This document shows, one piece after another, positions 8,938-20,300 of a stretch of DNA of 64,000 bases. Each line of letters begins with the position of its first letter. Within the stretch, counting starts at the first letter, position 1. The DNA is taken from contig JBAXIL010000003.1 of assembly GCA_037138355.1 (NCBI GenBank), positions 13,065 through 77,064 of the forward strand, given 5' to 3'. The stretch is from a bacterium (GTDB lineage Bacteria; Oederibacteriota; PGYV01; Palsa-1178). Position numbers and translations under genes: made by a program. The notes under the pieces are model-generated. The model searched no databases. It was given only the letters and a program-made list of their open reading frames with translations, and was not told the DNA's origin.

Positions 8938-9876
8938 TTATCCCACGACATCCTTAAATAACCAAGTTGACAAATATCTTTCCCCAGTATCAGGCAATAT
9001 CACTACAATTGTCTTACCTTTGTTTTCTGGTCTTTTAGCAATTTCAATTGCCCCCCATAGTGCAGCGCCACTTGATATGCCAGCTAAAATTCCTTCTTGT
9101 TTTGCCAAGTTTCTCGCCGTCTCACCAGCATCAACTTCTTTTACTCTTATTATCTCGTCAATAACACTTTTATCAAGCACAGAAGGAATAAAATTTGCCC
9201 CTATGCCTTGTATTTTGTGTGACCCTGCCTGTCCAGCTGATAATAATGGAGAATCATCTGGTTCTACCGCAATTATTTTTATGTTTTTATTTTTTTTCTT
9301 TAATGTTTCTCCTACTCCAGTAATTGTCCCACCCGTTCCTATTCCTGATACAAATATATCCACTTTTCCATCTGTATCTTTCCATATCTCTTCGGCAGTG
9401 GTTTTTCTGTGTATTTCCGGATTTGCTGGATTATCAAACTGGCCCATAACTATAGATCCTTTTATTTCTTTACTCAAACTTTCAGCTTTTGCAACTGCAC
9501 CTTTCATACCTTCTACTCCTGGAGTTAAAACAAGCTGTGCGCCCAATATTGCAAGAAGTTGTCTGCGTTCCACACTCATAGTATCAGGCATAGTAAGTAT
9601 AAGTTTGTATCCTTTTGCTGCTGCCGTAAAAGCCAATGCCACTCCTGTATTTCCACTTGTAGGTTCTATAAGAGTGTCTCCTGGTTTTATTCTTCCTTTT
9701 ATTTCAGCATCCTCTATCATTGCTACGCCGATTCTATCTTTTACGCTTGATAAAGGATTAAAGGACTCAATCTTTACAAGTACCTGTGTGCCTGACTGTA
9801 TTCCTACTGTTAATTTATTTATTTTTACTAACGGAGTGTTTCCAACTGTCTGAGTGATATCATTAAATATTTTCAT
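8938..9876 (-). CDS. cysK: Cysteine synthase A (O-acetylserine sulfhydrylase, PLP-dependent). Start reassigned to the ATG at 9876 ([17 protein letters not shown]...).
   Basis: PLP-lysine motif [17 protein letters not shown]. Gly-rich PLP-phosphate loop [21 protein letters not shown] 5 nt upstream of the ATG at 9876, which lies inside the track's 7-codon N-terminal extension. Confidence 0.9.
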   Translation of the reverse strand: MKIFNDITQTVGNTPLVKINKLTVGIQSGTQVLVKIESFNPLSSVKDRIGVAMIEDAEIKGRIKPGDTLIEPTSGNTGVALAFTAAAKGYKLILTMPDTMSVERRQLLAILGAQLVLTPGVEGMKGAVAKAESLSKEIKGSIVMGQFDNPANPEIHRKTTAEEIWKDTDGKVDIFVSGIGTGGTITGVGETLKKKNKNIKIIAVEPDDSPLLSAGQAGSHKIQGIGANFIPSVLDKSVIDEIIRVKEVDAGETARNLAKQEGILAGISSGAALWGAIEIAKRPENKGKTIVVILPDTGERYLSTWLFKDVVG

Positions 9877-9952
9877 AAATCCTCCTTTTGTAGCCAAAGC
9901 CTAAACCCCAGTGGCATTTCTGCCACTTAGGGCATAAGTTATTAGCCAAAAA

Positions 9953-11245
9953 TTATATTTTACTCAGTGCCTGATCTATGTCTACCTTTATATCTTCTAT
10001 ATTTTCCAATCCTATTGAAAGTCTGATAAAATCATCAGTTACTCCTGTTGCCAACCTTTCGTCAGCCGTTAACTGTTGATGAGTTGTTGTGGCTGGATGT
10101 ATAGCAAGCGTTTTTGCATCTCCTATATTTGCTACATGTGCTATCAGCTGAAGAGAGTTAATAAACTTCTTACCTGCTTCTATTCCACCTTTTATACCAA
10201 ATCCAATAATACCACCAGCTCCGTGTTTTAAATATTTCTTAACTTTTTCTTTTTCTGGACTGTTGTCAAGTCCAGGATAATTTACCCATGCAACTTTAGG
10301 ATGCTTTTCAAGATACTTTGCAATTGCAAGTGCATTTTCAGAATGCTTTTCATATCTTAAATGTAGGGTTTCAATACCTTGTAATATCTGAAAAGCATTA
10401 AAAGGAGAAAGTGCTGGTCCTAAATCTCTCAAAAGAACAACTCTGGCTTTAATTATATATGCTATATTTCCTATCGGCTTTAGTGCCTGAACAAAATCCA
10501 AATTATGATAACTTGGATCTGGTCCTGAAATAAGTGGGAACTTACCATTTGTCCAATCAAATTTTCCTGAATCAACTATCACTCCACCAAGTGAAGTTCC
10601 GTGTCCACCAAGAAATTTTGTAGCGGAATAAACTACAATATCAACTCCAAAATCAATTGGTCTTAAAGTGTATGGGGTAGAAGTGTTATCAAGTATAAGC
10701 GGTATTCCATTTTTATGTGCTATCTTTGCTAAGGCTTCTAAATCTGCTACATCAAGTTTTGGATTTCCTACTGACTCGGCATATATGGCTTTTGTCTTAG
10801 GAGTAATTGCCTTTTCAAATCCTGCAAGGTCCGTTGATTTCACAAACTTAACATTGATACCAAACTTTTTGAAAGTGTAATGAAATAGATTGTATGTTCC
10901 TCCGTAAAGATTATCTGCCGATACAATCTCATCTCCGTTCTGTGCAATATTTAGCAAAGCGATTGTGATAGCAGATTGTCCGCTTGCAACTGCGAGTGCA
11001 GCAGCTCCTCCATCTAATAGTGCCACTCTTTTTTCTAATACATCAGTAGTCGGATTCATTAGTCTGGTGTAAATGTTTCCAAATTCTGCAAGTGCAAATA
11101 AATTTGCAGCATGCTCTGTGGAATTAAACTGATACGAAGTTGTCTGATAAATCGGGACTGCCAAAGACCCTGTAGTAGGATCTGCCGACTGTCCTCCATG
11201 AACTGCGAGTGTTTCTGATTTTAAATTTTTGTCGATTTTACTCAT
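9953..11245 (-). CDS. metY: O-acetylhomoserine sulfhydrylase / aminocarboxypropyltransferase (PLP-dependent, Cys/Met metabolism family). Start reassigned to MSKIDKN... at 11245.
   Basis: LAVHGGQ...PIYQTTSY N-terminal signature. [13 protein letters not shown]-lysine region. About 430 aa. AAGGAG RBS 8 nt upstream of the ATG at 11245. Confidence 0.88.
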   Translation of the reverse strand: MSKIDKNLKSETLAVHGGQSADPTTGSLAVPIYQTTSYQFNSTEHAANLFALAEFGNIYTRLMNPTTDVLEKRVALLDGGAAALAVASGQSAITIALLNIAQNGDEIVSADNLYGGTYNLFHYTFKKFGINVKFVKSTDLAGFEKAITPKTKAIYAESVGNPKLDVADLEALAKIAHKNGIPLILDNTSTPYTLRPIDFGVDIVVYSATKFLGGHGTSLGGVIVDSGKFDWTNGKFPLISGPDPSYHNLDFVQALKPIGNIAYIIKARVVLLRDLGPALSPFNAFQILQGIETLHLRYEKHSENALAIAKYLEKHPKVAWVNYPGLDNSPEKEKVKKYLKHGAGGIIGFGIKGGIEAGKKFINSLQLIAHVANIGDAKTLAIHPATTTHQQLTADERLATGVTDDFIRLSIGLENIEDIKVDIDQALSKI

Positions 11246-11405
11246 TTCACTTTCTCCTTTTTTTATTTTTGTATTTTTAAATTTCAATTTTTTTATATTT
11301 TCTTTCTCCTAACTTTTTTCTCCTTTCTTTATTTTTTGCTTTCGCATGAAATCATCTTTTACCCAAATAACATACTCCTGAATTTTTCTCATTTTTTGGC
11401 TCCTC

Positions 11406-11876
11406 TTATATTTGATAAACAAATTGTTCTACTGACTTTTTCTTCCTTGCTTGTTCCATTTCAACCAGGTTTCTAAAACTAATATTATCTACTATATTTG
11501 ATATTGCTTCATTTACATTTTCCCAAATAGGTTTCAACACGCATCTTGCTTCAAAATCACAGGATTGATATGCTGACCGTGATACACATGCTATAGGAGC
11601 CAATGGTCCATCAATTAACCTTATGATCTCCCCGAGCTTTATAGACTCTGGCTTTTTTGCTATGGTGTAGCCGCCATTTTTTCCTCTTAGACTTTTTACA
11701 AAACCCGCATTTTTCAAAGTAAGCAGTATCTGCTCTAAAAACTTTTCAGGAATATCCTGATCCTTTGATATTTCATGTATTTGACTATACGAATCAGTTC
11801 CGTTTTCCCTGATATATCTTGCAGCAAGATATAACAACGATTTGATTGCATAATCTCCTTTATATGTTATCTTCAT
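11406..11876 (-). CDS. Rrf2 family transcriptional regulator (IscR/CymR-like) with a three-Cys cluster, likely Fe-S or redox sensing.
   Basis: N-terminal wHTH (ITYKGDYAIKSLLYLA...HEISKDQDIPEKFLEQILLTLKNAGFVKSLRGKNGGYTIA). C-terminal Cys residues (IACVS...SCDFEARC). Leads the metY-cysK-metX-metW string. AAGGAG RBS. Confidence 0.85.
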   Translation of the reverse strand: MKITYKGDYAIKSLLYLAARYIRENGTDSYSQIHEISKDQDIPEKFLEQILLTLKNAGFVKSLRGKNGGYTIAKKPESIKLGEIIRLIDGPLAPIACVSRSAYQSCDFEARCVLKPIWENVNEAISNIVDNISFRNLVEMEQARKKKSVEQFVYQI

Positions 11877-12117
11877 TTTGTCACTCCTTTTCTATATATT
11901 GTCTATCGCCTTTGTCGGCAAGATAAATATAACAAAGTCCATAGATTTTGTCAACAAGTATTTTAAGATATTTTGAAGTATTTTATATGCATTAAAAGTC
12001 TATGGCAGCATGTATTAAATGACATTATATATAATAAAACAATATTTTTTCTGTATTGCTCATCAATTCATTCAATAATATATGTTATACTAATTCATAA
12101 ATTCATAGGAGTATTAA

Positions 12118-12690
12118 ATGAAAAATAAAATTTTACTTAATGTATGCTGTGCACCTGATGCAACACATACTATCAATGCTCTCCGCGAAGAAGGTTTTGA
12201 ACCTGTGACATTTTTTTATAATCCAAATATACATCCAAAAAATGAATATTATAAACGCGTGGAAGATATGAAAAAACTTGCAGCACACACACACACAGAA
12301 AATATAGAAGACCTTGCTTATGATATTGAGGAATGGTTTAGTTTATGTAAACCATTTGCCAAAGAACCTGAACGGGGAAAACGCTGTGAAGTTTGTTTTG
12401 ATATGAGAATGGACAAAAGCGCAGAAAAAGCCAAAGAACTTGGAATTGAGATATTTGCTACCACCCTTACTATCTCTCCACATAAAGATACTGCTCTCAT
12501 CAACAAGCTTGGAAATAATGCTGCAAAAAAATATGGAATTAAATATTATGAATCAAATTTCAAGAAAAAAGATGGTTTTAAAAAATCAATCGTATTATCA
12601 AAAGAACACGACTTATATAGACAGGACTACTGCGGATGTTCATATTCATTACTTGATAGATTAAAACAGAAACGAAAAGATATTATTTAA
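12118..12690 (+). CDS. queH: Epoxyqueuosine reductase QueH (DUF208 family).
   Basis: LLNVCCAPDAT and CEVCF...YCGCSYS cysteine motifs characteristic of QueH. 190 aa. AGGAG RBS. Confidence 0.8.
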   Translation: MKNKILLNVCCAPDATHTINALREEGFEPVTFFYNPNIHPKNEYYKRVEDMKKLAAHTHTENIEDLAYDIEEWFSLCKPFAKEPERGKRCEVCFDMRMDKSAEKAKELGIEIFATTLTISPHKDTALINKLGNNAAKKYGIKYYESNFKKKDGFKKSIVLSKEHDLYRQDYCGCSYSLLDRLKQKRKDII

Positions 12691-15600
12691 TGTCACTTCT
12701 GTTTTTTCTTTTTCCTTCTACTGCCTCATAAACTACTGGTATTACAACAAGCGTTAAAAATGTTGATGTAATCAAACCACCTATGACAGCTATCGGCATC
12801 GTCTTTGCCATAATTATTGACTCACCAAAACCAAAGGCAAGTGGCAACATACCAAAAATCATAGAGAATGTAGTCATTAAAATTGGTCTTAACCTTATAG
12901 GACCCGCATGAATAAGAGCTTCTCTGGCATTCATTCCTTCTGCCCTTTTTTGATTTGTAAAATCTATTAACAAAATACCGTTTTTTGCCACAAGTCCAAG
13001 CACCATTAATAATCCTATCATAGCCATAATATCAAGCTGCTGCCCTGTCATTAGTAGAGCAAGAAAAGCCCCTATAACAGCCAATGGTACAGAAATCATA
13101 AGTATTAAAGGTTGAGTGAGCGAATTATATAATGATGCAAGTATCATATACATAAAAAGTAATGCCAGCAACATAGCAGCCCCCATTTGAAAAACTGTTT
13201 CATTAAGTTGTGAAGCTTGTCCTCCAAAACTATAATCATACCCATAAGGTATTTTTACTTTTTTCTTTATTGATTGTTTCAATGCATTAATTACATCACC
13301 TAAAGCATAATTTTGCTTTATATTGCCTGTCACTTTTATTATGCGTTTTTTATTTTCTCTTTTTATTTCAACCGGTCCTGCTCCATAACTCAAATTAGCC
13401 ACTGCAGCCAAAGGGACTTTAAGCCCATTATTACTTGTTAACATTATTCCTTTTAGTGATGCTATTGTTTTTTTCTCAGTTGCAGAAAGTTCCATTATTA
13501 TAGGATACTCTTTTTCGCCTTTTCTAAATCGTGATATTTCTTTTCCATTTACAAGTAGATTTATTACTGCTCCAATATCATAAGTCGATATTCCGAGTTT
13601 TGAAGCCTTAACTCTATCAGCTATTATTGAAATCTCAGGTTTTCCTGGCCTGTAAGTTGAATTCATATCTGCTACCCCTTGAGTTTCTTCAGCTGCTTTT
13701 TTTATTTGAGTGGCAATAGCTTCAATCACTTTTATATCTTTGCCTGTTACATTAATGGTAATTGCAAAACTATCACCACCACCTGATAAGACAGCTCCAG
13801 ATCCTGTATCCTGTAAAATCAAAAGTACATCTTTTCCAAGCACTGCACTTAATTTTTTATATTCTTCCATACTTGCAACAGTAGATTTTCTCCCACCTTT
13901 TTTTAGCTTTGCATATATACTTCCGAGATTTTTTGCTGCAGTGCCCCTACTACCTTCTCCTCCTGATACAACATAATACTTTTCTATATCATGTACTGTT
14001 TTCAAATATGCTTCCACAAGTTTCATTTTTTCATCAACAACTTTAATAGTTGCATCTGGTCTACATTCTATACTATATTCAATATCTCCATAATCTGAAT
14101 CCGGCATAAAAGCAATACCTATAAAAAATACCGCCATTATTGAAAGTATCATTAATCCAAGAGTTCCTGTAATAACTGTTTTTTTATGATTTAAAGCCCA
14201 AACCAAAATTTGCTCATATAGTTCTTTTACATTTTGATAAAAAGCTTCCCACTTTTCATGTATGATATCAAGAATCTTTAATATTCCAGTTCTTTGTTTT
14301 TTTACTTCTTCTTTTTTCCACCAGTAAGCCGATAACATAGGTGCCGTTGTAAAAGCATCTACAAGAGATATTAGCAGTGCAAAAGCTATCGTGAGCCCAA
14401 ATTGTTTAAAGAACTGACCAACCACACCATTTAAAAATGATATGGGTATAAATACGGCCATGATAGTGGCAGTTGTAGCTATAACAGCAAGAGCGACCTC
14501 ATTTGTTCCTTTTATAGCTGCTTCCTTAGGACTCATCCCTTTTTCTAAATATCTAAAAATATTCTCACGCACAACTATAGAATCGTCAATTAACAGTCCA
14601 ATAGAAAGGGAAAGAGCAAGCAGCACCATCATGTTTATTGTAAAACCTGCAATATGAATAAAAAAGAATGCCCCCAACAATGAATTTGGTAGAGCAATTG
14701 CAGTTATCATAGTTGACCTAAAGGAACCTAAAAATAACCAAACAATTAACATGGCACAAAGAGCACCAAGAAATATATCACCTTGAAGCCCGTCTATTGA
14801 CTGTTCCACATACTTTGTTGGATCTCTAAAAATTTCAAAATTAACATCTGCAGGAAGTTTTTTATTTATGTCTTTTACCTTATTTTTAACAAGTCTTGCT
14901 ATTTCTACGCTGTTTTCTCCAGATTGTTTGTAAACTCCAAATATCAACGCATTCTCCCCATTTACACGCGAACGCCTAACTTCATCCTTTAATCCAAAAG
15001 TCACCTTTGCTATATCTTTTATTCTCACAGTACTTTCACCATAGGTTTTAACAACTGTATTTTCTATTTCAGACAATGAATCAAACCTTCCTTTTATTCT
15101 CACATCAATACTACTATTAACCTTGTCAATATTTCCAGCCGGGATATTAATATTTTCTTTATTTATGGCCTCCATGACTTGATTAAAAGAAATCATTCGA
15201 GCTGACAGTGCTGCTTTATCAATAGTTATTTTTACTGCTCTGTCTTGACCTCCCCACAAATCTACTCTTCCAACTCCCTTTATTTTTTCTATATCTGGTT
15301 TAATTGAATCTTCAACAATTTCTTTTAATTCTGCTAAATCTTTTTTCCCCTTAATAGACATAGAAACTACTGGTATCCATTCTGCCGCAGAAAATCGATC
15401 TACAGATGGTTCCTGTGCATCATCTGGCAATTTCCATTTTGCTTTGTTTACTGCATCACGCACCCTTGTTTCTGCATATTTCACATCTGCTCCAAGAGAA
15501 AATCTCGCTGTTATTACCGATATCGATTCGGCTGAAGTCGATGATAAAGTATCGAGCCCTTCTACAACTGCAAGAGCATCTTCCAGAGGTTTTGTTACAA

Positions 15601-15784
15601 GATTTTCAATTTCTTCAGCTGAGGAACCAGCATATATAGTAGTAACTGATAAGGTAGGATATTCTATATCAGGCAACATATCTACACCCATTGATTTATA
15701 ACCAATTAAGCCAAGAACAATTATGGAAACTACTATCATAATCACAAAGATAGGTCTCTTTATTGCTAATTCTGATATATTCAT
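12683..15784 (-). CDS. RND family multidrug efflux transporter, inner-membrane component (AcrB/HAE1-like), copy 1.
   Basis: 1033 aa, 12-TM RND topology with two large periplasmic loops. Motifs IAIALPNSLLGAFFF..., AFALLISLVDAFT, and a GxSxxxGF..E C-terminal region. Confidence 0.95.
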   Translation of the reverse strand: MNISELAIKRPIFVIMIVVSIIVLGLIGYKSMGVDMLPDIEYPTLSVTTIYAGSSAEEIENLVTKPLEDALAVVEGLDTLSSTSAESISVITARFSLGADVKYAETRVRDAVNKAKWKLPDDAQEPSVDRFSAAEWIPVVSMSIKGKKDLAELKEIVEDSIKPDIEKIKGVGRVDLWGGQDRAVKITIDKAALSARMISFNQVMEAINKENINIPAGNIDKVNSSIDVRIKGRFDSLSEIENTVVKTYGESTVRIKDIAKVTFGLKDEVRRSRVNGENALIFGVYKQSGENSVEIARLVKNKVKDINKKLPADVNFEIFRDPTKYVEQSIDGLQGDIFLGALCAMLIVWLFLGSFRSTMITAIALPNSLLGAFFFIHIAGFTINMMVLLALSLSIGLLIDDSIVVRENIFRYLEKGMSPKEAAIKGTNEVALAVIATTATIMAVFIPISFLNGVVGQFFKQFGLTIAFALLISLVDAFTTAPMLSAYWWKKEEVKKQRTGILKILDIIHEKWEAFYQNVKELYEQILVWALNHKKTVITGTLGLMILSIMAVFFIGIAFMPDSDYGDIEYSIECRPDATIKVVDEKMKLVEAYLKTVHDIEKYYVVSGGEGSRGTAAKNLGSIYAKLKKGGRKSTVASMEEYKKLSAVLGKDVLLILQDTGSGAVLSGGGDSFAITINVTGKDIKVIEAIATQIKKAAEETQGVADMNSTYRPGKPEISIIADRVKASKLGISTYDIGAVINLLVNGKEISRFRKGEKEYPIIMELSATEKKTIASLKGIMLTSNNGLKVPLAAVANLSYGAGPVEIKRENKKRIIKVTGNIKQNYALGDVINALKQSIKKKVKIPYGYDYSFGGQASQLNETVFQMGAAMLLALLFMYMILASLYNSLTQPLILMISVPLAVIGAFLALLMTGQQLDIMAMIGLLMVLGLVAKNGILLIDFTNQKRAEGMNAREALIHAGPIRLRPILMTTFSMIFGMLPLAFGFGESIIMAKTMPIAVIGGLITSTFLTLVVIPVVYEAVEGKRKNRSDIK

Positions 15785-15829
15785 GTCTTTCTCCCCGATC
15801 GATTATATTAATAATAAAATAACAATTTT

Positions 15830-16723
15830 TTACTGAGTACTTACTTTCGTTCCATCACTTAACTTAAAATTACCTTCTACTATCACATTTGTGCCTTCCA
15901 TAAGTCCGTTTCTAATTTCTACTTCTGCCCCTGCCATATAGCCTAATTCAACATCCACTCTTTTTGCTACATTATTAGAAACTATATACACATAAGTTTT
16001 TCCATCTCCCATTAAAACTGCATTTTCTGGAAGCATGATTCCTTTTCTTTTTCCTGCATATACAGTTACTTCTACTGAGGAACCAGGTTTAATAATTCTA
16101 TCAACATTCATTCCCTTTACTATTACAGTTCCTGACATAGTATCCTTATCTATAAATGGAGTTAAAGAATATACTTTTGCTTTAATTTCTGCTAATTTAC
16201 CATAAACTGTTTTAATAGATGCTTCCATGCCATTTTTGAGCTTTGCCATATCCTCTTCACCAATATTCAAAACTACTTTTATATGCTCTGGATCTGCTAC
16301 TTCAGCTACTGGATATTGAGTTGAAACAGCCATTCCATTATCAAAGTAATATATTCTTGTCACAATACCACTTACTGGAGACTTTATTGGTACCAATTTA
16401 TATTTCATACCAACAATATCGCGATTGATATATAGAATTACATCATTTTTCTTAACAGAAGTACCTTCTCTCATTTTGGTTCTTTCAAATTTTCCTGATA
16501 CAACTGGATATATTTTTATTTGCGGATCGCCTTCTGCTACACCTTGCATGACAACACTTTCATTTATTTCCTTTAGTTCAGCTTGAATTACGGAAACACG
16601 AATTACACTTTCTTCTACCTTCGTGCCTGACTTAAGTATTTTAAAAGTTATTTGAAATACTATTATTACTAATATTATGCCAAAAAATATTAAAGAACCT
16701 TTTTTTACTTTTGAAATATTCAT
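15830..16723 (-). CDS. RND efflux periplasmic adaptor (membrane fusion protein, HlyD/AcrA family), copy 1.
   Basis: N-terminal TM anchor, lipoyl/beta-barrel repeats (ILYINRDIVGMKYKLVPIKSPVSGIV) and a C-terminal MP domain. Positioned directly upstream of the RND pump. Confidence 0.85.
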   Translation of the reverse strand: MNISKVKKGSLIFFGIILVIIVFQITFKILKSGTKVEESVIRVSVIQAELKEINESVVMQGVAEGDPQIKIYPVVSGKFERTKMREGTSVKKNDVILYINRDIVGMKYKLVPIKSPVSGIVTRIYYFDNGMAVSTQYPVAEVADPEHIKVVLNIGEEDMAKLKNGMEASIKTVYGKLAEIKAKVYSLTPFIDKDTMSGTVIVKGMNVDRIIKPGSSVEVTVYAGKRKGIMLPENAVLMGDGKTYVYIVSNNVAKRVDVELGYMAGAEVEIRNGLMEGTNVIVEGNFKLSDGTKVSTQ

Positions 16724-16754
16724 AAAAATCCTCCTGTTTTATTAACATTAGAAA

Positions 16755-17204
16755 TTACAGCTTAAACCTTTTAGTAACAATCTCTTTTGTTCTATTGACT
16801 ATGGTCGTTGCAAGTTTTCTCTCGAGTACACCAAGATTTGAAAGATATTTATTAATATATTCTATTCCTATCAACCTATTATAATTTACAAGTTTTTTTC
16901 CTTTTTCTGTTATTGTCATAATCACCTTGCGCCTATCATTCTGTGCACTTTTTCTTGAAGCGTAGCCTTTCCCCACAAGCACTGATATAGTATCCGTCAT
17001 TGTTGGCATTTTAACTCCTGCCAGCTTTGATAAGATCCCCATAGTCATTTCTTCGCCATCATAAAGATAATACAATGCTGTTATCTGTGAAAAGTTAAGT
17101 TTTTCCATACCTCCCTGAAATATTTCTATTTCACGGTTTGAACGCACAGCGCGGACAATATCAACTATATCTGAAAATATCTTTTCAGCATCTCTTGTAC
17201 TCAT
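16755..17204 (-). CDS. MarR family transcriptional regulator (heads efflux operon 1).
   Basis: wHTH with MarR wing (GKGYASRKSAQNDRRKVIMTITEKGKKLV). 149 aa. Confidence 0.85.
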   Translation of the reverse strand: MSTRDAEKIFSDIVDIVRAVRSNREIEIFQGGMEKLNFSQITALYYLYDGEEMTMGILSKLAGVKMPTMTDTISVLVGKGYASRKSAQNDRRKVIMTITEKGKKLVNYNRLIGIEYINKYLSNLGVLERKLATTIVNRTKEIVTKRFKL

Positions 17205-17250
17205 TTTGTATCTCCTTTATTTAGTCATATATAATATTTAGGCAGTCCTA

Positions 17251-17283
17251 AGTATATAATACATTATTATTTTGTCAAGACAA
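17251..17283 (-). promoter_or_regulatory. Sigma70-like promoter of MarR-efflux operon 1 (minus strand: TTGACA-16nt-TATACT). An imperfect palindrome TTGTC-aa-GACAA overlaps the -35.
   Basis: Minus-strand reading gives cTTGACAaaataataatgtattaTATACTtagg. The plus strand reads ttgtcaagacaa, which is an IR with 5-bp arms. Confidence 0.4.
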
Positions 17284-17300
17284 TATTGATAGGGGAAAAT

Positions 17301-17334
17301 AAAAAAGCGCGGTTTCCCGCGCTTTTTTATTTTA
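17301..17334. terminator. Bidirectional intrinsic terminator separating efflux operon 2 (upstream on minus strand) from the MarR operon 1 promoter.
   Basis: AAAAAAGCGCGG-TTTC-CCGCGCTTTTTTATTTT: perfect 6-bp GC stem, with an A-tract and a T-tract flanking. Confidence 0.75.
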
Positions 17335-17344
17335 GCATTTTTTA

Positions 17345-20300
17345 TTATTTAATTTCGTTTAGCTTCTGCTTTTGTTGAGCTTTTTTTAAGATTCGAGTTT
17401 CAAAATATTCATAAACAACAGGAACTACTACTAAGGTTAAGAATGTAGAAGTTAACAAGCCCCCAATAACAACCGTAGCAAGTCCTTCCCTTCCTTTAGA
17501 CCCTTCACCGAGTGACATGGCAATAGGAAGCATACCAAAAATCATTGCAAATGTTGTCATCAAGATAGGTCTTAAACGCACTGGTCCAGCATGAAGTAAA
17601 GCTTCTCTCATAGACATACCCTGAGCACGCATTTTATTAGTGAAATCAAGCAACAATATTCCATTTTTGGCAACAAGTCCTAAGACCATTAGCATTCCAA
17701 TAAACCCAAACAAATCCAAATTATAACCTGTCAAAAGAAGAGCTAAAAATGCACCTATCATAGCTAAAGGAACAGCCACCATGATATACAGTGGTTGCAC
17801 AAAAGAATTGTAAAGAGATGCCAAAATCATATACATAAATAATATTGCCAAAAGCATGGCTTTGCCCATTTCAATTCCAATCGAAGCAAACTCTTTTGAT
17901 TGTCCGCCAAAAGTGTAACTATATCCCTTTGGAAATTTAATATCTTTTTCAATTGCTGCTTTTATCTTTGAATTCACCATGCCTATACTGGCTCCTGGTG
18001 CTACATTGGCAGAAACTTTTACTATTCTTACTTTATTTTCCCTGCGTATTTCTGATGGTCCTGAACTATATTTAAAATCTACCACAGAAGATAAAGGTAT
18101 TTTCTTTCCAGTTTTTGTAGTAATAACCAAGTTCTTTAAATCATCAACCTTTCTTCTATTTGTTTTATCCATTTGCATTGTTATATCATACTGCTTTTCA
18201 GCTTTTTTATAATTCGTAATTTTTGTTCCCTGCATAAGCGTTCTCATCAACCCGCCGATTTCTGCTGTGGATATACCCATTTTTTCCGACTTTATCGGAT
18301 CAACTTTCAGTACTACTTCAGGAAGACCTGGTTTTAATGAAACATCCGCATCCGCAGCTCCTGGAGTTTCCTGAACTATCTTCTTAATCTGTCCAGAAAG
18401 GTTTTCAAGCACTCTAAGATCATCTCCTGTTAAGCTAATCAACACAGGCATATATGAATCATCTCCGCCGCCCATACCACTTACTATATTCACATTTATA
18501 TATTTGTCCAATTTGCTTTTATTAACAAAATCTCTTACCTTCTGTGCTTCATTATCTGTTGTGATTTTTCTCTTATTTAATGGCTTCATTGAGACAAGTA
18601 AAGATCCTATATTACTTGCAGCAGTACCACCCATATCTGCTCCAGCCATTACAAAATATGAATCAATATCTTTTTCATTTGCTATAAAGGTTTCCAATTC
18701 TGCTATATATTGCGATGTTTTTTCAAGTGGTGCTCCTGAGTATGTTTGAATATTCGCACTAAACATACCTCTATCAGAGTTCATAAAACTTTTTCCTAAA
18801 AACGGCACTATAAAAAAGCTTGCAATAAAAAGACCCACAGCAGATGCTATAACCGTTTTTTTATGATTAAGTGCCCATTCTAATATTTCTCCATACCATT
18901 TTGCCATATCATTATAGAACTCATTCCATTTATCAGACACAGCATATGCTGCCTTTAATAAACCTTTTTTCTCTTTCTTATCTTCTTTTTTATACCAGTA
19001 TGCTGATAGCATAGGAGCTGTTGTGAAAGCATCCAAAAGAGATATGGCCAAAGCAAAAGCTACCGTAAGTCCAAATTGTTTGAAGAACTGTCCGATAATC
19101 CCAGAAAGAAAAGATATAGGAAGAAAAACTGCCATGATTGACAAAGTAGTGGATATTACAGCAAGAGATACTTCGTTCGTACCTACTTCAGCCGCTTCTT
19201 TTGGGCTCATACCCGCTTCTATATGCCTAAATATATTTTCTCGAACAACTATAGAATCATCTATAAGCAAACCTACTGCCAGTGATAAAGAAAGTAAGGT
19301 TATAGTATTTATTGAGAAACCCGCTATCATCATAATAAAGAAGGAACCTATTATAGAATTAGGAAGCGCCACTGCAGTAATAATTGCAGATCTAAAATTC
19401 CCTAAAAAGAGCCATACTATAAGAATAGCAAGTATGGCACCAATTATTATATTTTCAAGTATGCCCTCAACACTTCTTTTTATTCCGGTAGTTGTATCGC
19501 CTGCTGAAGCAAGCTTAATATCTGAAGGCAAAGTCTTTTGTATTTCTTTAACTTGTTTCATAACATCCGCCGCTACTTTCACGGAATTTGAGCCACTCTG
19601 TTTTAAGACACTAAACATAACTGCAGGAACTTGATTAACCCTTACTTTTACAGTTTCGTCTTCTAATGTAAAAGATACTTTTGCAATATCTTTAATCCTT
19701 AACATTTTTCCCGTATTAGATGTAAGTGGCATATTAGCAATATCATCAACATTTTGAAACTCTCCAACTATCCTAACCGTAATATTTTTTTCTGTTCCTT
19801 CCACGGTCCCAACTGGATAATTAAGATTTCTTGCATTAATAGCATTAGTTATCTGGCTTGTAGTAATACCTTTTGCCAACAATAAAGCTTTATTTACTTC
19901 TACCTTCACTATTTTCTTCTGTCCACCAAATATATTTATAGAGGCAACTCCTGGAATTCTTTCAAGCTGTGGTTTTATATCATCTTCGAGAAGTTCACGA
20001 AGATCTGATGATTGTTTTTTTCCTGAAAGAGACATAAACTGTATAGGAATATCAGAAAAACTAAATTTTTGAATTATAGGTTCTAACATGTCCGTTGGTA
20101 ATATTGGTTTTGTTGATGCAACTTTATCTCGCACTTTTATTTCTGCAAATTTTACATCTGTGCCCAGCGTAAAAGCAATATTTATCATTGCTAAACCTTC
20201 CCTGCAAGAACTCGTTACTTTATCCAATCCTTCAAGAGTTGCAAAAGCATCTTCAAGCGGTTTGGCTACTATTGTTTCCATTTCTTCAGCAGATGCTCCT

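Noticed and set aside
8879-9853. 324-aa plus-strand ORF lying entirely antisense within cysK.
   Set aside because: It has no RBS and its translation is low-complexity and S/P/I/F-rich. The opposite strand encodes an unmistakable full-length CysK. A long antisense ORF is unusual in an AT-rich genome but is most simply explained by the codon usage of the Gly/Ala-rich cysK frame.
9877-9897. MATKGGF extension of cysK. The analogous extensions are [14 protein letters not shown] on metY (11246..11287) and MKEDF on the small secreted gene (33090..33104).
   Set aside because: In each case a strong AGGAGG-type RBS lies inside the extension, correctly spaced for the downstream ATG.
11246-11405. Possible SAM (S-box) riboswitch ahead of metY.
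   Set aside because: The leader is almost pure A/T with poly-T runs. None of the conserved GC-rich P1-P4 helices or the kink-turn of SAM-I is visible. An Rfam scan would be definitive.
19023-19634. 203-aa plus-strand ORF antisense to RND pump copy 2. Similar 60-90 aa antisense ORFs occur inside uvrB, the RND genes, glmS and others.
   Set aside because: These are shadow ORFs within strongly supported genes. No RBS, and biased amino-acid composition.
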